NCBI GenBank assembly: GCA_002402575.1
Contig: DHGD01000149.1
Location: 1-52,423 of the forward strand
Length of the DNA: 52,423 nucleotides
Direction: 5' to 3'
Origin: Syntrophomonas sp. UBA4807
GTDB lineage: Bacteria; Bacillota; Syntrophomonadia; Syntrophomonadales; Syntrophomonadaceae
Position numbers and translations under genes: made by a program. The notes below the pieces were generated by a model that had not been told where the DNA came from, searched no databases, and saw nothing but the letters and a program-made list of their open reading frames with translations. Of this stretch, positions 39,275 to 47,002 are shown piece by piece. Each line of letters begins with the position of its first letter. Position 1 is the first letter of the stretch.

Positions 39275-40114
39275 GTGAAACAAAGCGTATTCAAAACCGA
39301 AGCGAAACGAGATAATTTTCGGATTCATTATAACCATATACTTAGCCAGTTCCCCTTTGAACAACGATACATCAAGACCACCTTTGGGCAAACATTTATA
39401 CTAACGGCCGGACAGGAATCTAACCCGCCTGTTATTTTGTTACACGGCTCTTGCAGCAACAGTGCGTTCTGGTTTCCTGAGATTTTGGCGCTATCGAGTG
39501 ATTATAAGGTTTATGCCGTTGACATTTTAGGCGAAGCTGGAAACAGCGAAGAATATAGACCTGATCTCGATTCAGACGCTTTCGCGGTTTGGATGAAGGA
39601 GGTTCTTGATATTCTCGGTCTCGAAAAATCGGTTATAATCGGTAACTCCCTCGGTGGCTGGATATCGCTTAAATTTGCAACAATATATCCAGAATGTGTT
39701 TTTAAGCTGATACTGATCGCATCCGCAGGTCTTGCAGAAGTTCGCCAACAATTCATTAGTGATGTGTCACAAACCCGACAGGAAGACGGAACTGTGCCGG
39801 TCGATTCAAACATTTTAGGTGAGTACGATATTCCAAAAGAAGTGCTTGATTTTATGAATCTGATTGCTGAAAGCTACAGTCCCATTCAGCATTTGCCCGT
39901 ATATGGAGACGAACAATTGCAGCGTCTTAATATGCCTGTTCTCTTTATCGACGGAGCAAATGATATTATTATCGATGCTGATAAATCGGCTCAAAGACTT
40001 TCCCGAATTGTCCCATCAGCCGAAATACACTTACCAAGGAATTGTGGACATGTACTCCCCAATTCCATTGAATATATCATTCCGTTTCTGGCGAAGGATA
40101 GCAAAAATATGTGA
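39275..40114 (+). CDS. alpha/beta-fold hydrolase
   Basis: 279 aa with LLHGSCSNSAFW (HG motif), GNSLGG nucleophile elbow and NCGHVLP catalytic His. GTG start 10 nt after a GAGGAG RBS and 6 nt after the HTH gene stop. Confidence 0.8.
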   Translation: MKQSVFKTEAKRDNFRIHYNHILSQFPFEQRYIKTTFGQTFILTAGQESNPPVILLHGSCSNSAFWFPEILALSSDYKVYAVDILGEAGNSEEYRPDLDSDAFAVWMKEVLDILGLEKSVIIGNSLGGWISLKFATIYPECVFKLILIASAGLAEVRQQFISDVSQTRQEDGTVPVDSNILGEYDIPKEVLDFMNLIAESYSPIQHLPVYGDEQLQRLNMPVLFIDGANDIIIDADKSAQRLSRIVPSAEIHLPRNCGHVLPNSIEYIIPFLAKDSKNM

Positions 40115-40465
40115 GTTCTTGTTTTTGGCAAGTAAAATATACACCAAACCGCAAAAATATTTCTTGACCCAATCATTGCCCCAACGCAGCTGATTGCAAT
40201 AGTCCTCGATAAGCTCTTGCGTTGCTTTCAGAAAGACATCATAACAATTCAGATCAGGTGTAAATATTGCCTGTGATTTATGCCGGCAGATATTAGCGGC
40301 AAAATCATTAGGAGTGGGTTCGGTTAATCTTCGATAACTTAATCGAATGCTACCAGCATCCGCTTTGACCGAGTCCGTAGTTTCCAGAGCAAACAGCTGG
40401 CAGGGCGATTGAACGGTCGGCGTTGTTCATTGTCCCGATAAGGTAGGCGATTCGCAGAGCCAAGC

Positions 40466-40512
40466 CATAATAAAAGTGGCCTCGCGGTTTTTTCTCTGCG
40501 GGGCCACTTTTA
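40466..40512 (-). terminator. hairpin terminator (probably bidirectional) after the methyltransferase gene
   Basis: GTGGCC.CGC / GCG.GGCCAC imperfect stem. T-runs follow on both strands (TTTTATTAT on minus, TTTTAGGGCTTTT on plus). The stem sequence is near-identical to the hairpin after fic at 52124-52157. Confidence 0.5.
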
Positions 40513-40585
40513 GGGCTTTTCAGTATGAAATACTCTCGATGACACATTAATAAGAATTTTCATTTTTTTTAATCGCTTCTAAGAA

Positions 40586-41341
40586 CTATCGCTTTTTCAA
40601 TACAAAATTCATAAACATGCTCTCTTCGGTAAATCGGGAAAAATTGTAATCCCCAAACACCTCTTTAATGGCAAAGCCGCTTTCTAGAGCCATTTTCTCA
40701 AAAGCCTCCTGGCTAATCAACGAAAAATGAATATCCAGAAACCTTTTACCGGTTAATACGTTACTGGAATTATAAATCTCGTAAAACTGCATGCCTTTAA
40801 CCGATTGGGTCATATCGTCATATTGGTTGTAATAGGAAACCACCAGTGAATTTTCTTGATAAAGCGGAAATCTTCCTAAAACATGAATTTGACCATCCGC
40901 TGTTTTTATTCTGTAGCTGGGATTATATAAAGTGCAGATAAATAATCCGTCATCGGAGAGATGATTGAATATCCGGACGAGTGCCATCTTCTGTTTTTCG
41001 CGGTCCGTAATTTCAGAAAATGAGTTGAAAGGAATACAAATAAGCTCATATTTCTCCCCCAGATTTAACGCACATACATCCTGACAGATAATTTTTGGTT
41101 TGTTACTCAAGTCTATCGTTTTTTGTTCAAGCACTTTAAGCATTTCTTCCGAGTAATCCACACAGGTTAATTCAATTCCTTTTTTCAGAAGCGGAATCGA
41201 CACTCTGCCTGTTCCGCACATTAATTCAAGCCACTTGCCTTTTGCCGCTTTGGCATATTTGTTAAAAAATTCAATATCAAAGTCCATTGGCACATAAGCA
41301 TCATAAATATCCGCTACAAAATTAAAATCAATATTCTTCAA
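40586..41341 (-). CDS. class I SAM-dependent methyltransferase
   Basis: 251 aa with motif I LELMCGTGRVSIPL, then CVDYSEEML (acidic residue at the end of beta-2) and ICIPFNSFSEI. Confidence 0.8.
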   Translation of the reverse strand: MKNIDFNFVADIYDAYVPMDFDIEFFNKYAKAAKGKWLELMCGTGRVSIPLLKKGIELTCVDYSEEMLKVLEQKTIDLSNKPKIICQDVCALNLGEKYELICIPFNSFSEITDREKQKMALVRIFNHLSDDGLFICTLYNPSYRIKTADGQIHVLGRFPLYQENSLVVSYYNQYDDMTQSVKGMQFYEIYNSSNVLTGKRFLDIHFSLISQEAFEKMALESGFAIKEVFGDYNFSRFTEESMFMNFVLKKR

Positions 41342-41741
41342 GAAGATTCATCTCCTCTGCTATTTGGTCCGTCAGCCGTTTTGCTCTTCTCCAATACAAC
41401 AAATAATATAAGACAAACACAGCCCGCTGATCAGCACCATCCCCAAATAATCCCCCGGTAACCATCCAGGGAAATAAACAGGCTGGCCAGGAGCGGTCCG
41501 ACTTCCATGCTGATATCGCCGAACATATAATAAGTGAAATTAGCAGACCCAAACGGTTTGGGGCATTATTCTAACAGAAACTGTCTGAGTGCTTGACTGC
41601 ACAGCTCCAAATCCCAAATCTGATTAAGCCCGCTCTCGATTTTCTCTATAAAGGTTTGCCAATATTTGCTCAGTCTGTTTGTATGTTGCCTCGTTTTGTC
41701 ATCGTTAAATTGGCAGTTACAGCTTATCCACTCAAAAGAAC

Positions 41742-42386
41742 TCACGGTATAATAGAATGGCTGAGAATATAAAACTCTTCCTGACTTGGCTGGTATTTCT
41801 TTTCCATTTTTTTAAGACTCTCATCAAAGCGGCTTGCTTCCCGGTCGTCTATCCTCATCACAGGGCTGTCATAATAAACCCGCTTCCTTCCGTCCAAAGC
41901 ATCCGGCTTCAGTTCTTTTACCATCATAGCTGCCGGGTAAGTTCCATTCTGAAGACAAGTATTGTGTTTTTTGCAGCTCTTAAAGCCTCGGCTTACATAA
42001 TTGCCGGGATTACCAAATATTACTATCACATCATAGCCAAGAGCGACCGCTTGTACAAAAGAATGCTCCATAAGCATTTTCCCATAACCTATTCTTTGGT
42101 ATCCCGGCAAAATACAAACCGGGCCGCAGGTAAGGACTTCTTTTTCTTCCCCGAACTCATCAACCAGTTTTGCTTTTGTGTACATAATATTCCCAATGAT
42201 TTGATTATCAACTTCAATAACAAGATCCAACTGCGGCAAAAAGTCTTTGTGGGTTCGCATAACATGAACTAAATAGTGTTCAATGCATCCTGGAATATAC
42301 AAATTCCAAAAAGCTTTCCTTGTGATTTCCTCTACTCTCTCATAATCTGTTTCTTCCTCATTCCTAATATTAATTATTTTATTCAT
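41742..42386 (-). CDS. GNAT-family N-acetyltransferase (YhbS-like)
   Basis: 214 aa with acetyl-CoA motif A YQRIGYGKMLMEHS, followed by GYDVIVIFGNPGNYVSRGF, as in YhbS-type GNATs. Confidence 0.8.
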   Translation of the reverse strand: MNKIINIRNEEETDYERVEEITRKAFWNLYIPGCIEHYLVHVMRTHKDFLPQLDLVIEVDNQIIGNIMYTKAKLVDEFGEEKEVLTCGPVCILPGYQRIGYGKMLMEHSFVQAVALGYDVIVIFGNPGNYVSRGFKSCKKHNTCLQNGTYPAAMMVKELKPDALDGRKRVYYDSPVMRIDDREASRFDESLKKMEKKYQPSQEEFYILSHSIIP

Positions 42387-42567
42387 ATATTGACCTCCAC
42401 TAATTTATCTAAGACCAATTTATTGTGATTTTTATTATAGCTTTCTGCTCAATAAATTCCCGGTTTGTATCTGCAAAACAGCGTGTTTCTTGATAACATC
42501 TCGACCAATTCCCTCTTTTAAATCCAAATTCCAAAAAACCATCTTTTAAATAAACTTAACCCAAATT

Positions 42568-42932
42568 TTACGACCATCTATTCTGTCCTATCGTGCGCTT
42601 AGGCCGATAACCATAGCTGGAGGGGTGAAACTCCGGGTCAAATATGGGCTGCAGTATGTTTAGAAGTGCTTGTTGCACTATCCGGTCTTTTACGGCGGGT
42701 ATTCCTAGCGGTCGTTTGCTTCCGTCCGGCTTTGGTATCTCCATGCGCAAAACCGGCATGGGCTCGTATGCCCCGGTTTTAAGTTCATGATGCAGCTGGT
42801 TTATCTCTTTGCACGGGTTTAAGCCATACGCTTTCACGGTCACTCCGTCTATTCCGAGTGCGCCGGAGTTAGCCCTGACCGATCTGTAAGCTGTGTACTG
42901 GTTTTCCAGCCTGTATACTTTGTCTATAAGTG
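42568..42932 (-). pseudogene. group II intron reverse transcriptase, N-terminal fragment only
   Basis: LIDKVYRLENQYTAYRSVRANSGALGIDGVTV...IPKPDGSKRPLGIPAVKDRIVQQALLNILQPIFDPEFHPSSYGYRPKRT matches RT domains 0-2 of intron maturases. The ORF stops right after GYRPKRT. No RT domains 3-7, X domain or recognisable ribozyme domains flank it. Confidence 0.75.
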
Positions 42933-43020
42933 TGTTGTCAACAACCCCGTCCCCCTGACACTCCCCCTGACACTCGTCCCCCTGACACTCCCGTCCCCCT
43001 GACACTCCTGCCCCTGACAC
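42933..43020. repeat. 29-nt dispersed motif plus five tandem CCCCTGACAC units
   Basis: The 29-mer tgttgtcaacaaccccgtccccctgacac (42933-42961) is followed by further CCCCTGACAC cores ending at 42973, 42988, 43005 and 43020 (spacing 12, 15, 17, 15 nt). The same 29-mer recurs at 43996-44024 and 44061-44089. Confidence 0.9.
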
Positions 43021-43063
43021 CTCCCTATTTCCAGTCCTATCTGTCCGGCGACTCCTTAACAAC

Positions 43064-43900
43064 TTATAAAAACATAGAAACAGCCATTAATATTATAAAT
43101 ACAATAAAAAAAGGTCCGTAAAATTTATCTAAAACATTTTTATTTATTCGCTTTCCGAATATAGGTCCTAAGATTGCACCAGTAATAGTACCCGATGCAA
43201 GCAGGATTACAAGAAGCCAATTTATAGCTCCTAAGGCACTATGAGTGATAACACCCGTAATAGCTATGAAAAATAATACCATAACTGATGTCCCAACCAC
43301 CTCTAAAGAGGAAAATCCCGAACTGTAAAGCCCTGCAAGGATAGGAGGGGTACCACTTACACCGAGCATACCAGACATCAGCCCTCCAAGAAGGCCAAAG
43401 ACAAGTCCTTTTACTACAAAAAGTTTGGAATGCGGCTTAGTCTCACCAGAGTCTAATTCTCCAACCTGTCCTTTATCGGATAATATTTCTCCCGTACGTT
43501 TTTTCCTTTGAGAAATAACCATACCTGCTCCCATTACAAGAAGAAATATACCGAATATAATTTTAAGAACCTTTATTGGAATAATTGCTACAAGATAAGA
43601 ACCGGCAATCACCCCTACCATGCCACTGGCAATAAGCAGGATGCCAACTTTAAATTTTACATTTCCCGCATTGTAATGGCTTATAGAAGCAGCAAGTGTG
43701 GTGGGAATAATTGTTGCGAGAGATATGGATACAGCTTGATCCATAGGAATAGCGAATAGTCCAGTCAGCATTCCTACGTAAAAAATTCCTCCCCCTCCCC
43801 CCATTAAAGAAACTAAAAGTCCGATGATAAGACCTGCTATTGGTAATAGATAGATGGATAAATACATAATCGTGACACCTTTGTGAGTATTCTGAAGCAT
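43064..43900 (-). CDS. TauE/SafE-family (DUF81) anion exporter
   Basis: Polytopic membrane protein with LMGGGGGIFYVGMLTGLF and a second half GLLGGLMSGMLGVSGTPPILAGL (the internal duplication typical of TauE/SafE). The likely true start is ATG 43867 (MYLSIYLL), with an AAAGGTG RBS. Confidence 0.8.
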   Translation of the reverse strand: MLQNTHKGVTIMYLSIYLLPIAGLIIGLLVSLMGGGGGIFYVGMLTGLFAIPMDQAVSISLATIIPTTLAASISHYNAGNVKFKVGILLIASGMVGVIAGSYLVAIIPIKVLKIIFGIFLLVMGAGMVISQRKKRTGEILSDKGQVGELDSGETKPHSKLFVVKGLVFGLLGGLMSGMLGVSGTPPILAGLYSSGFSSLEVVGTSVMVLFFIAITGVITHSALGAINWLLVILLASGTITGAILGPIFGKRINKNVLDKFYGPFFIVFIILMAVSMFL

Positions 43901-43962
43901 TTTACACCGCCTGTCCGGTGGTTGGAAACCATCAATCCGTTTTAATGGAAACCACTGTACCG

Positions 43963-44092
43963 TAGGTGGAAACGTTTAAAATGTTTTCCTCGATATGTTG
44001 TCAACAACCCCGTCCCCCTGACACCCCTAGGTGGAAACGTTTAAAATGTTTTCCTCGATATGTTGTCAACAACCCCGTCCCCCTGACACCCC
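43963..44092. repeat. perfect 65-bp tandem duplication upstream of tauE
   Basis: taggtggaaacgtttaaaatgttttcctcgatatgttgtcaacaaccccgtccccctgacacccc occurs twice, head to tail, with no mismatch (43963-44027 and 44028-44092). Each unit contains the 29-mer and a GGAAAAC..GTTTCC hairpin. Confidence 0.95.
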
Positions 44093-44368
44093 CTCCCCTG
44101 ACACCCCCTTGATCAAATCATCGCAGAAAGCCGCCACGTCACTGCCTGTCACTTCGAGAACGCCTTTCCCCGAGGCCGCGCCCTCCTCAAAAAGATCGAC
44201 AATCCCCGATAGCAAGCCCGTCCCCTCGGTCAACTCAACAGGGCCAATCTTAAAGAGATATTTTTGAATATCTTTATAAACAATCTGATAATCTTTCGGG
44301 AGCGCTTTGACACGCGCCACGTGCGCCCGCCACTTTTTTTTGCCTTCGATGATATCTCGTATGCTCAT
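44066..44368 (-). pseudogene. DUF1048-family protein, C-terminus replaced by repeat-derived sequence
   Basis: Paralogous to the next gene: KKWRAHVARVKALPKDYQIVYKDIQKYL versus SRAKKLPADYQAAWEKIKVNL, and GIVDLFEEGAASGKGVLEVTGSDVAAFCDDLIKG versus GLLDLLEEAAADGQCVQEVLGDDIKGFCSALVG. After DDLIKG the ORF runs into the CCCCTGACAC repeats (GVSGEGVSGGRGC) and lacks the ~25-aa tail. Confidence 0.6.
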
Positions 44369-44377
44369 TTTGTCCTC

Positions 44378-44725
44378 CTATCTGTCTAATTTTTTGGCGA
44401 TATTATTGTTGAGCTGCTCGCGCCACTTGTCTCGGTAAGATTTTGCTCCTTCTGCGCCAACAAGCGCCGAACAGAAGCCTTTGATATCGTCTCCCAAAAC
44501 CTCTTGGACACATTGACCGTCAGCCGCCGCTTCTTCGAGCAGATCAAGCAAACCGTCAAGAATTGGCATGAGGTTGCGGCCGGTGAAATCCGAGTGCGTC
44601 CAAAGATTGACCTTAATTTTCTCCCATGCCGCTTGATAATCAGCCGGAAGCTTTTTGGCCCGCGATTCAAAAATTTTGAATTCTTCAGTCATGTCGCTGC
44701 CTGTAATTCTATCCCATAGATTCAT
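44378..44725 (-). CDS. DUF1048-family protein
   Basis: 115-aa helical protein. It has the typical PadR-operon context and overlaps the padR stop by 17 nt. Confidence 0.7.
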   Translation of the reverse strand: MNLWDRITGSDMTEEFKIFESRAKKLPADYQAAWEKIKVNLWTHSDFTGRNLMPILDGLLDLLEEAAADGQCVQEVLGDDIKGFCSALVGAEGAKSYRDKWREQLNNNIAKKLDR

Positions 44726-45056
44726 TGTTTCCCTCCTTTAACTCGTTGATTTTTGATGATACGAACTCCCATTTCCCCCAGAACCTCCGCAACTCCTCGC
44801 GCCCCGCATCGTTGAGCACGTAAAACTTGCGCGGCGGCCCCATATCGGACGGTTTTTTTTCTATGTCCACGAGTTTGTTTTTCTCAAGCCGCACCAAAAT
44901 GGTGTAGACCGTCCCTTCTACAACATCTGTAAAGCCGAGGGCGTTCAACCGCCGCGTGATTTCATAGCCGTAAGTTTCTTTGCGGCTTATGATTTCAAGG
45001 ACGCAGCCCTCAAGCACACCTTTGAGCATTTCCGTCAGGTTTTTCAGCACGGTCAC
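44709..45056 (-). CDS. PadR-family transcriptional regulator
   Basis: LKGVLEGCVLEIISRKETYGYEITRRLNALGFTDVVEGTVYTILVRLEKNKLV...PPRKFYVLNDAGREEL is the winged-HTH PadR signature. The start codon is ambiguous (GTG 45056, GTG 45050 or ATG 45029). Confidence 0.85.
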   Translation of the reverse strand: MTVLKNLTEMLKGVLEGCVLEIISRKETYGYEITRRLNALGFTDVVEGTVYTILVRLEKNKLVDIEKKPSDMGPPRKFYVLNDAGREELRRFWGKWEFVSSKINELKEGNNESMG

Positions 45057-45321
45057 CCCCTTCGCTATTCTGTATGACTGATATTAAGTAATACTTACTA
45101 ATGCTATATAGTATCACATAATAGTGCCGGTGTCAATGGAGTAAAGTAAATAAACTATTATGAAAGATCAAAGCGTTGTTAAAATTTGATGAGGACACGA
45201 AAATATAGACCTTATGCTAAAATCGCTATAGACATGTTCCCCCGAACAATCAGCCGCCATCTTTCCCGTCTACACAACCCTGCCCTCCGAGAACCGCCCC
45301 GAAAGGCTGTGGATGTGTTTC

Positions 45322-45679
45322 CTCGGACTGACCCCCTGATATTAGACAAAAACTCTTAATATCTGGTCCATACTTAGAAATTGATAATTTATATAAACTG
45401 GTTCAAGCCAGGATAACCATTATACCCGAACAGGCTTTATGCTCAGCGCATTCTGCTGCAGTAATTGGTACATTCATTCGGGGTATGGTATTTCAAGCTG
45501 GAATGAAGCCGTACTGCGTTGTAATTTTTTATGAACTGGCTTACCGTATCATAAGCTACGGCATAACTTTGAAATTCATACCTGCTCTGGCATTCTTCTT
45601 CAAGAATGGCATTTCTCGATTCCGAGCCAGACGTTAGATTAAGCGTAGCACCTTGCTGCATGGAGTTTCTTTTGAACAA
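45322..45679 (-). mobile_element. 3'-terminal remnant of an IS3-family (IS150-group-like) element
   Basis: The minus strand encodes the transposase C-terminus ...NAILEEECQSRYEFQSYAVAYDTVSQFIKNYNAVRLHSSLKYHTPNE (rve-domain tail, YN..R.HS.L.Y.TP.E). About 115 nt further on, the plus strand reads ACTGACCCCCTGATATTAGACA, which resembles IS150-type terminal repeats as I recall them (TGTACTGACCCC...TTGGACA). The catalytic core and orfA are absent. Confidence 0.6.
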
Positions 45680-45815
45680 TTCAACTCACTTTCTGAGGCA
45701 ACTCAGCACGGTTTCGAAATGGAAATAGATTTAGTCATCCAAATGGTTATTTTTAAATATTTTTCGCCACACGCAAAACCGGAGAGACAGGCTTATGTAC
45801 TTGCCAATAAAAAAT

Positions 45816-45849
45816 GCCAAAGTGTAAATTCACGCTTTGGTGTTTTTTC
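45816..45849. terminator. hairpin + T-run, copy 1 of a 34-nt direct repeat
   Basis: GCCAAAGTGTAAATTCACGCTTTGGTGTTTTTTC has a 9-bp stem (CCAAAGTGT/ACGCTTTGG with one G-U), a 6-nt loop and a T-run. A-rich 5' flank makes it potentially bidirectional. It is 33/34 identical to 50321-50354. Confidence 0.6.
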
Positions 45850-45925
45850 GCTTTTTATATTTTATTTCGAGTAGTATAAAAGCAGGTCAGATAGGAAAAT
45901 GCCCTAACGGAAAGGAGCATTTTGT

Positions 45926-46957
45926 ATGAGCAAACAGCAAAACAAAACGCATATCTGCGAGGAACATTTGGGCGCACACTGCCGCTGTACCGTTTGCGGG
46001 AATTTCTGCCATGATTATCACAGCAACGACGACGGCACGTTTGCTGCTTCGGGCAAGGTCGCAACCGATCAATGCGCCCGCTGCGGATATGAGGAGCACT
46101 ATTACGCCGACAGCGGCAAAGTGATCGAAAACTACCGGGGCCGATCCTATGAGCGTGACCCCGAGCCTGCTGGTACATCCAGGCAGCAAAGACAGGGTGA
46201 ATTGCTGTACCTAGTGGGAAAATCGGACGAATCGTACCTCATAACGGGCATTACGGAAAGATCGGTCGCGGAAAAGACGGGACTTCGGCATTTAACCGTG
46301 ATCATCATACCCTTTATAACCGATGGCGCAAACAAAGGCTGCTGGATCGTTCATAACCGGCACGATAAGCAGATCGCCAAAGGAAAAATCAGCGCTCCGC
46401 TGAGCCTCAACTTGTTTGGTGGACACTGCGGCCCGCCAGAGGATGATGTCGCCGGGCTTATAGGCAAGACGGTAGAACTTGAGCTGCTTCGGGAAAACGC
46501 CCTACGCGAGCTTTCCGAGGAACTGCTTTGCAAAAACGGAACGGAAAAGCGGTTGGAACTGTGGCGCGACGGCGTGTCCGCCGGAGAGGTCCTGTACGCC
46601 TCGTCTTACGAGGTATGCCCTGAGAGCCTTATCCCCGTCGGCTTTACGGAATACGCGGCGAAGGATAACGTCGAGTATTCCTATATATTCGCGCTGCCTG
46701 TGCCGGTAGACCAAGCGGAGCAGATTATTGCCGCCGACAATTATGAAAAGCGCGACCCAATCATAGAAGGCATGGTATATAAAGCCGATATCGCGCTGCC
46801 GGTAATATTTATGCCTGAACCAGAATTGAAACGGCTGTGGGAAAAACGTGATCCGGAGATTGAAGTATGCGATGCCATTACCCGCCTTTGGGAGGAACAA
46901 AACCATGTGGTGTATCAAAGGCTAATCGAGTACATTGGCACCCATGAGGTGTTTTAG
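45926..46957 (+). CDS. Nudix-box protein with N-terminal Cys/His-rich (zinc-ribbon-like) region
   Basis: 343 aa with an AAAGGAG RBS. The N-terminus is HICEEHLGAHCRCTVCGNFCHDYH...DQCARCGYEEH. Residues 180-202, GKTVELELLRENALRELSEELLC (nt 46463-46531), fit the Nudix box G-x5-E-x7-R-E-U-x-E-E-x-G-U except for the last Gly. The preceding HLTVIIIPF..GCWIVHNRHDKQ...LFGGHCG resembles IDI/YfcD-type Nudix cores. Confidence 0.6.
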   Translation: MSKQQNKTHICEEHLGAHCRCTVCGNFCHDYHSNDDGTFAASGKVATDQCARCGYEEHYYADSGKVIENYRGRSYERDPEPAGTSRQQRQGELLYLVGKSDESYLITGITERSVAEKTGLRHLTVIIIPFITDGANKGCWIVHNRHDKQIAKGKISAPLSLNLFGGHCGPPEDDVAGLIGKTVELELLRENALRELSEELLCKNGTEKRLELWRDGVSAGEVLYASSYEVCPESLIPVGFTEYAAKDNVEYSYIFALPVPVDQAEQIIAADNYEKRDPIIEGMVYKADIALPVIFMPEPELKRLWEKRDPEIEVCDAITRLWEEQNHVVYQRLIEYIGTHEVF

Positions 46958-47002
46958 ACCCATTCATCCTATCCACGGATCAAATGAGAGGGGGATTTCA
47001 AA

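Noticed and set aside
40120-40345. Start-less minus-strand open frame (…PTPNDFAANICRHKSQAIFTPDLNCYDVFLKATQELIEDYCNQLRWGNDWVKKYF…), possibly a transposase or other gene remnant
   Set aside because: It has no start codon and no motif I can place, and its end overlaps the hydrolase gene on the other strand. A BLASTX would be needed, so it is not reported as a feature.
40350-40547. 65-aa minus-strand ORF
   Set aside because: It spans the recycled Fic tail, the terminator hairpin and junction sequence. It has no RBS and is better explained as a scar.
41328-41552. 74-aa minus-strand ORF overlapping the methyltransferase start. An alternative frame reads FGSANFTYYMFGDISMEVGPLLASLFI, like a membrane-transporter tail. 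A 59-codon GTG ORF at 41557-41745 overlaps the GNAT stop.
   Set aside because: None has an RBS or a recognisable domain, and the frames are broken. This is possibly a decayed transporter gene, but the evidence is too thin for a call.
42933-43062. N-terminal 40 aa of the tracked 164-aa ORF (…GAGVSGGRECQGDECQGECQGDGVVDN)
   Set aside because: This is a translation of the CCCCTGACAC tandem repeats, not part of the maturase. The genuine RT homology begins around LIDKVYRLENQ.
42568-43062. Diversity-generating retroelement or retron centred on the RT fragment
   Set aside because: The RT motifs are of the group II intron type and the ORF is truncated after domain 2. I saw no template/variable repeat pair and no msr/msd-like structure nearby.
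42933-44105. Possible CRISPR array (regularly recurring CCCCTGACAC units)
   Set aside because: The units are 10 nt with 2-7 nt between them, and the 65-bp units are identical, including what would be the spacer. There are no 25-40-nt repeats with unique spacers and no cas genes in the window.
45230-45325. GC-rich segment with a CCGAG…GAAA…CTCGG hairpin, considered as group II intron domain V or another structured RNA
   Set aside because: I could not fold it into the 34-nt domain V consensus (no AGC triad or bulge geometry). It abuts the IS150-like end and may be flanking or IS-terminal sequence. A covariance-model scan is needed.
45855-46189. Two ~100-aa minus-strand ORFs overlapping the 5' end of the Nudix gene
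   Set aside because: These Arg/Cys-rich translations are typical of antisense frames. The plus-strand gene has an RBS and conserved motifs.
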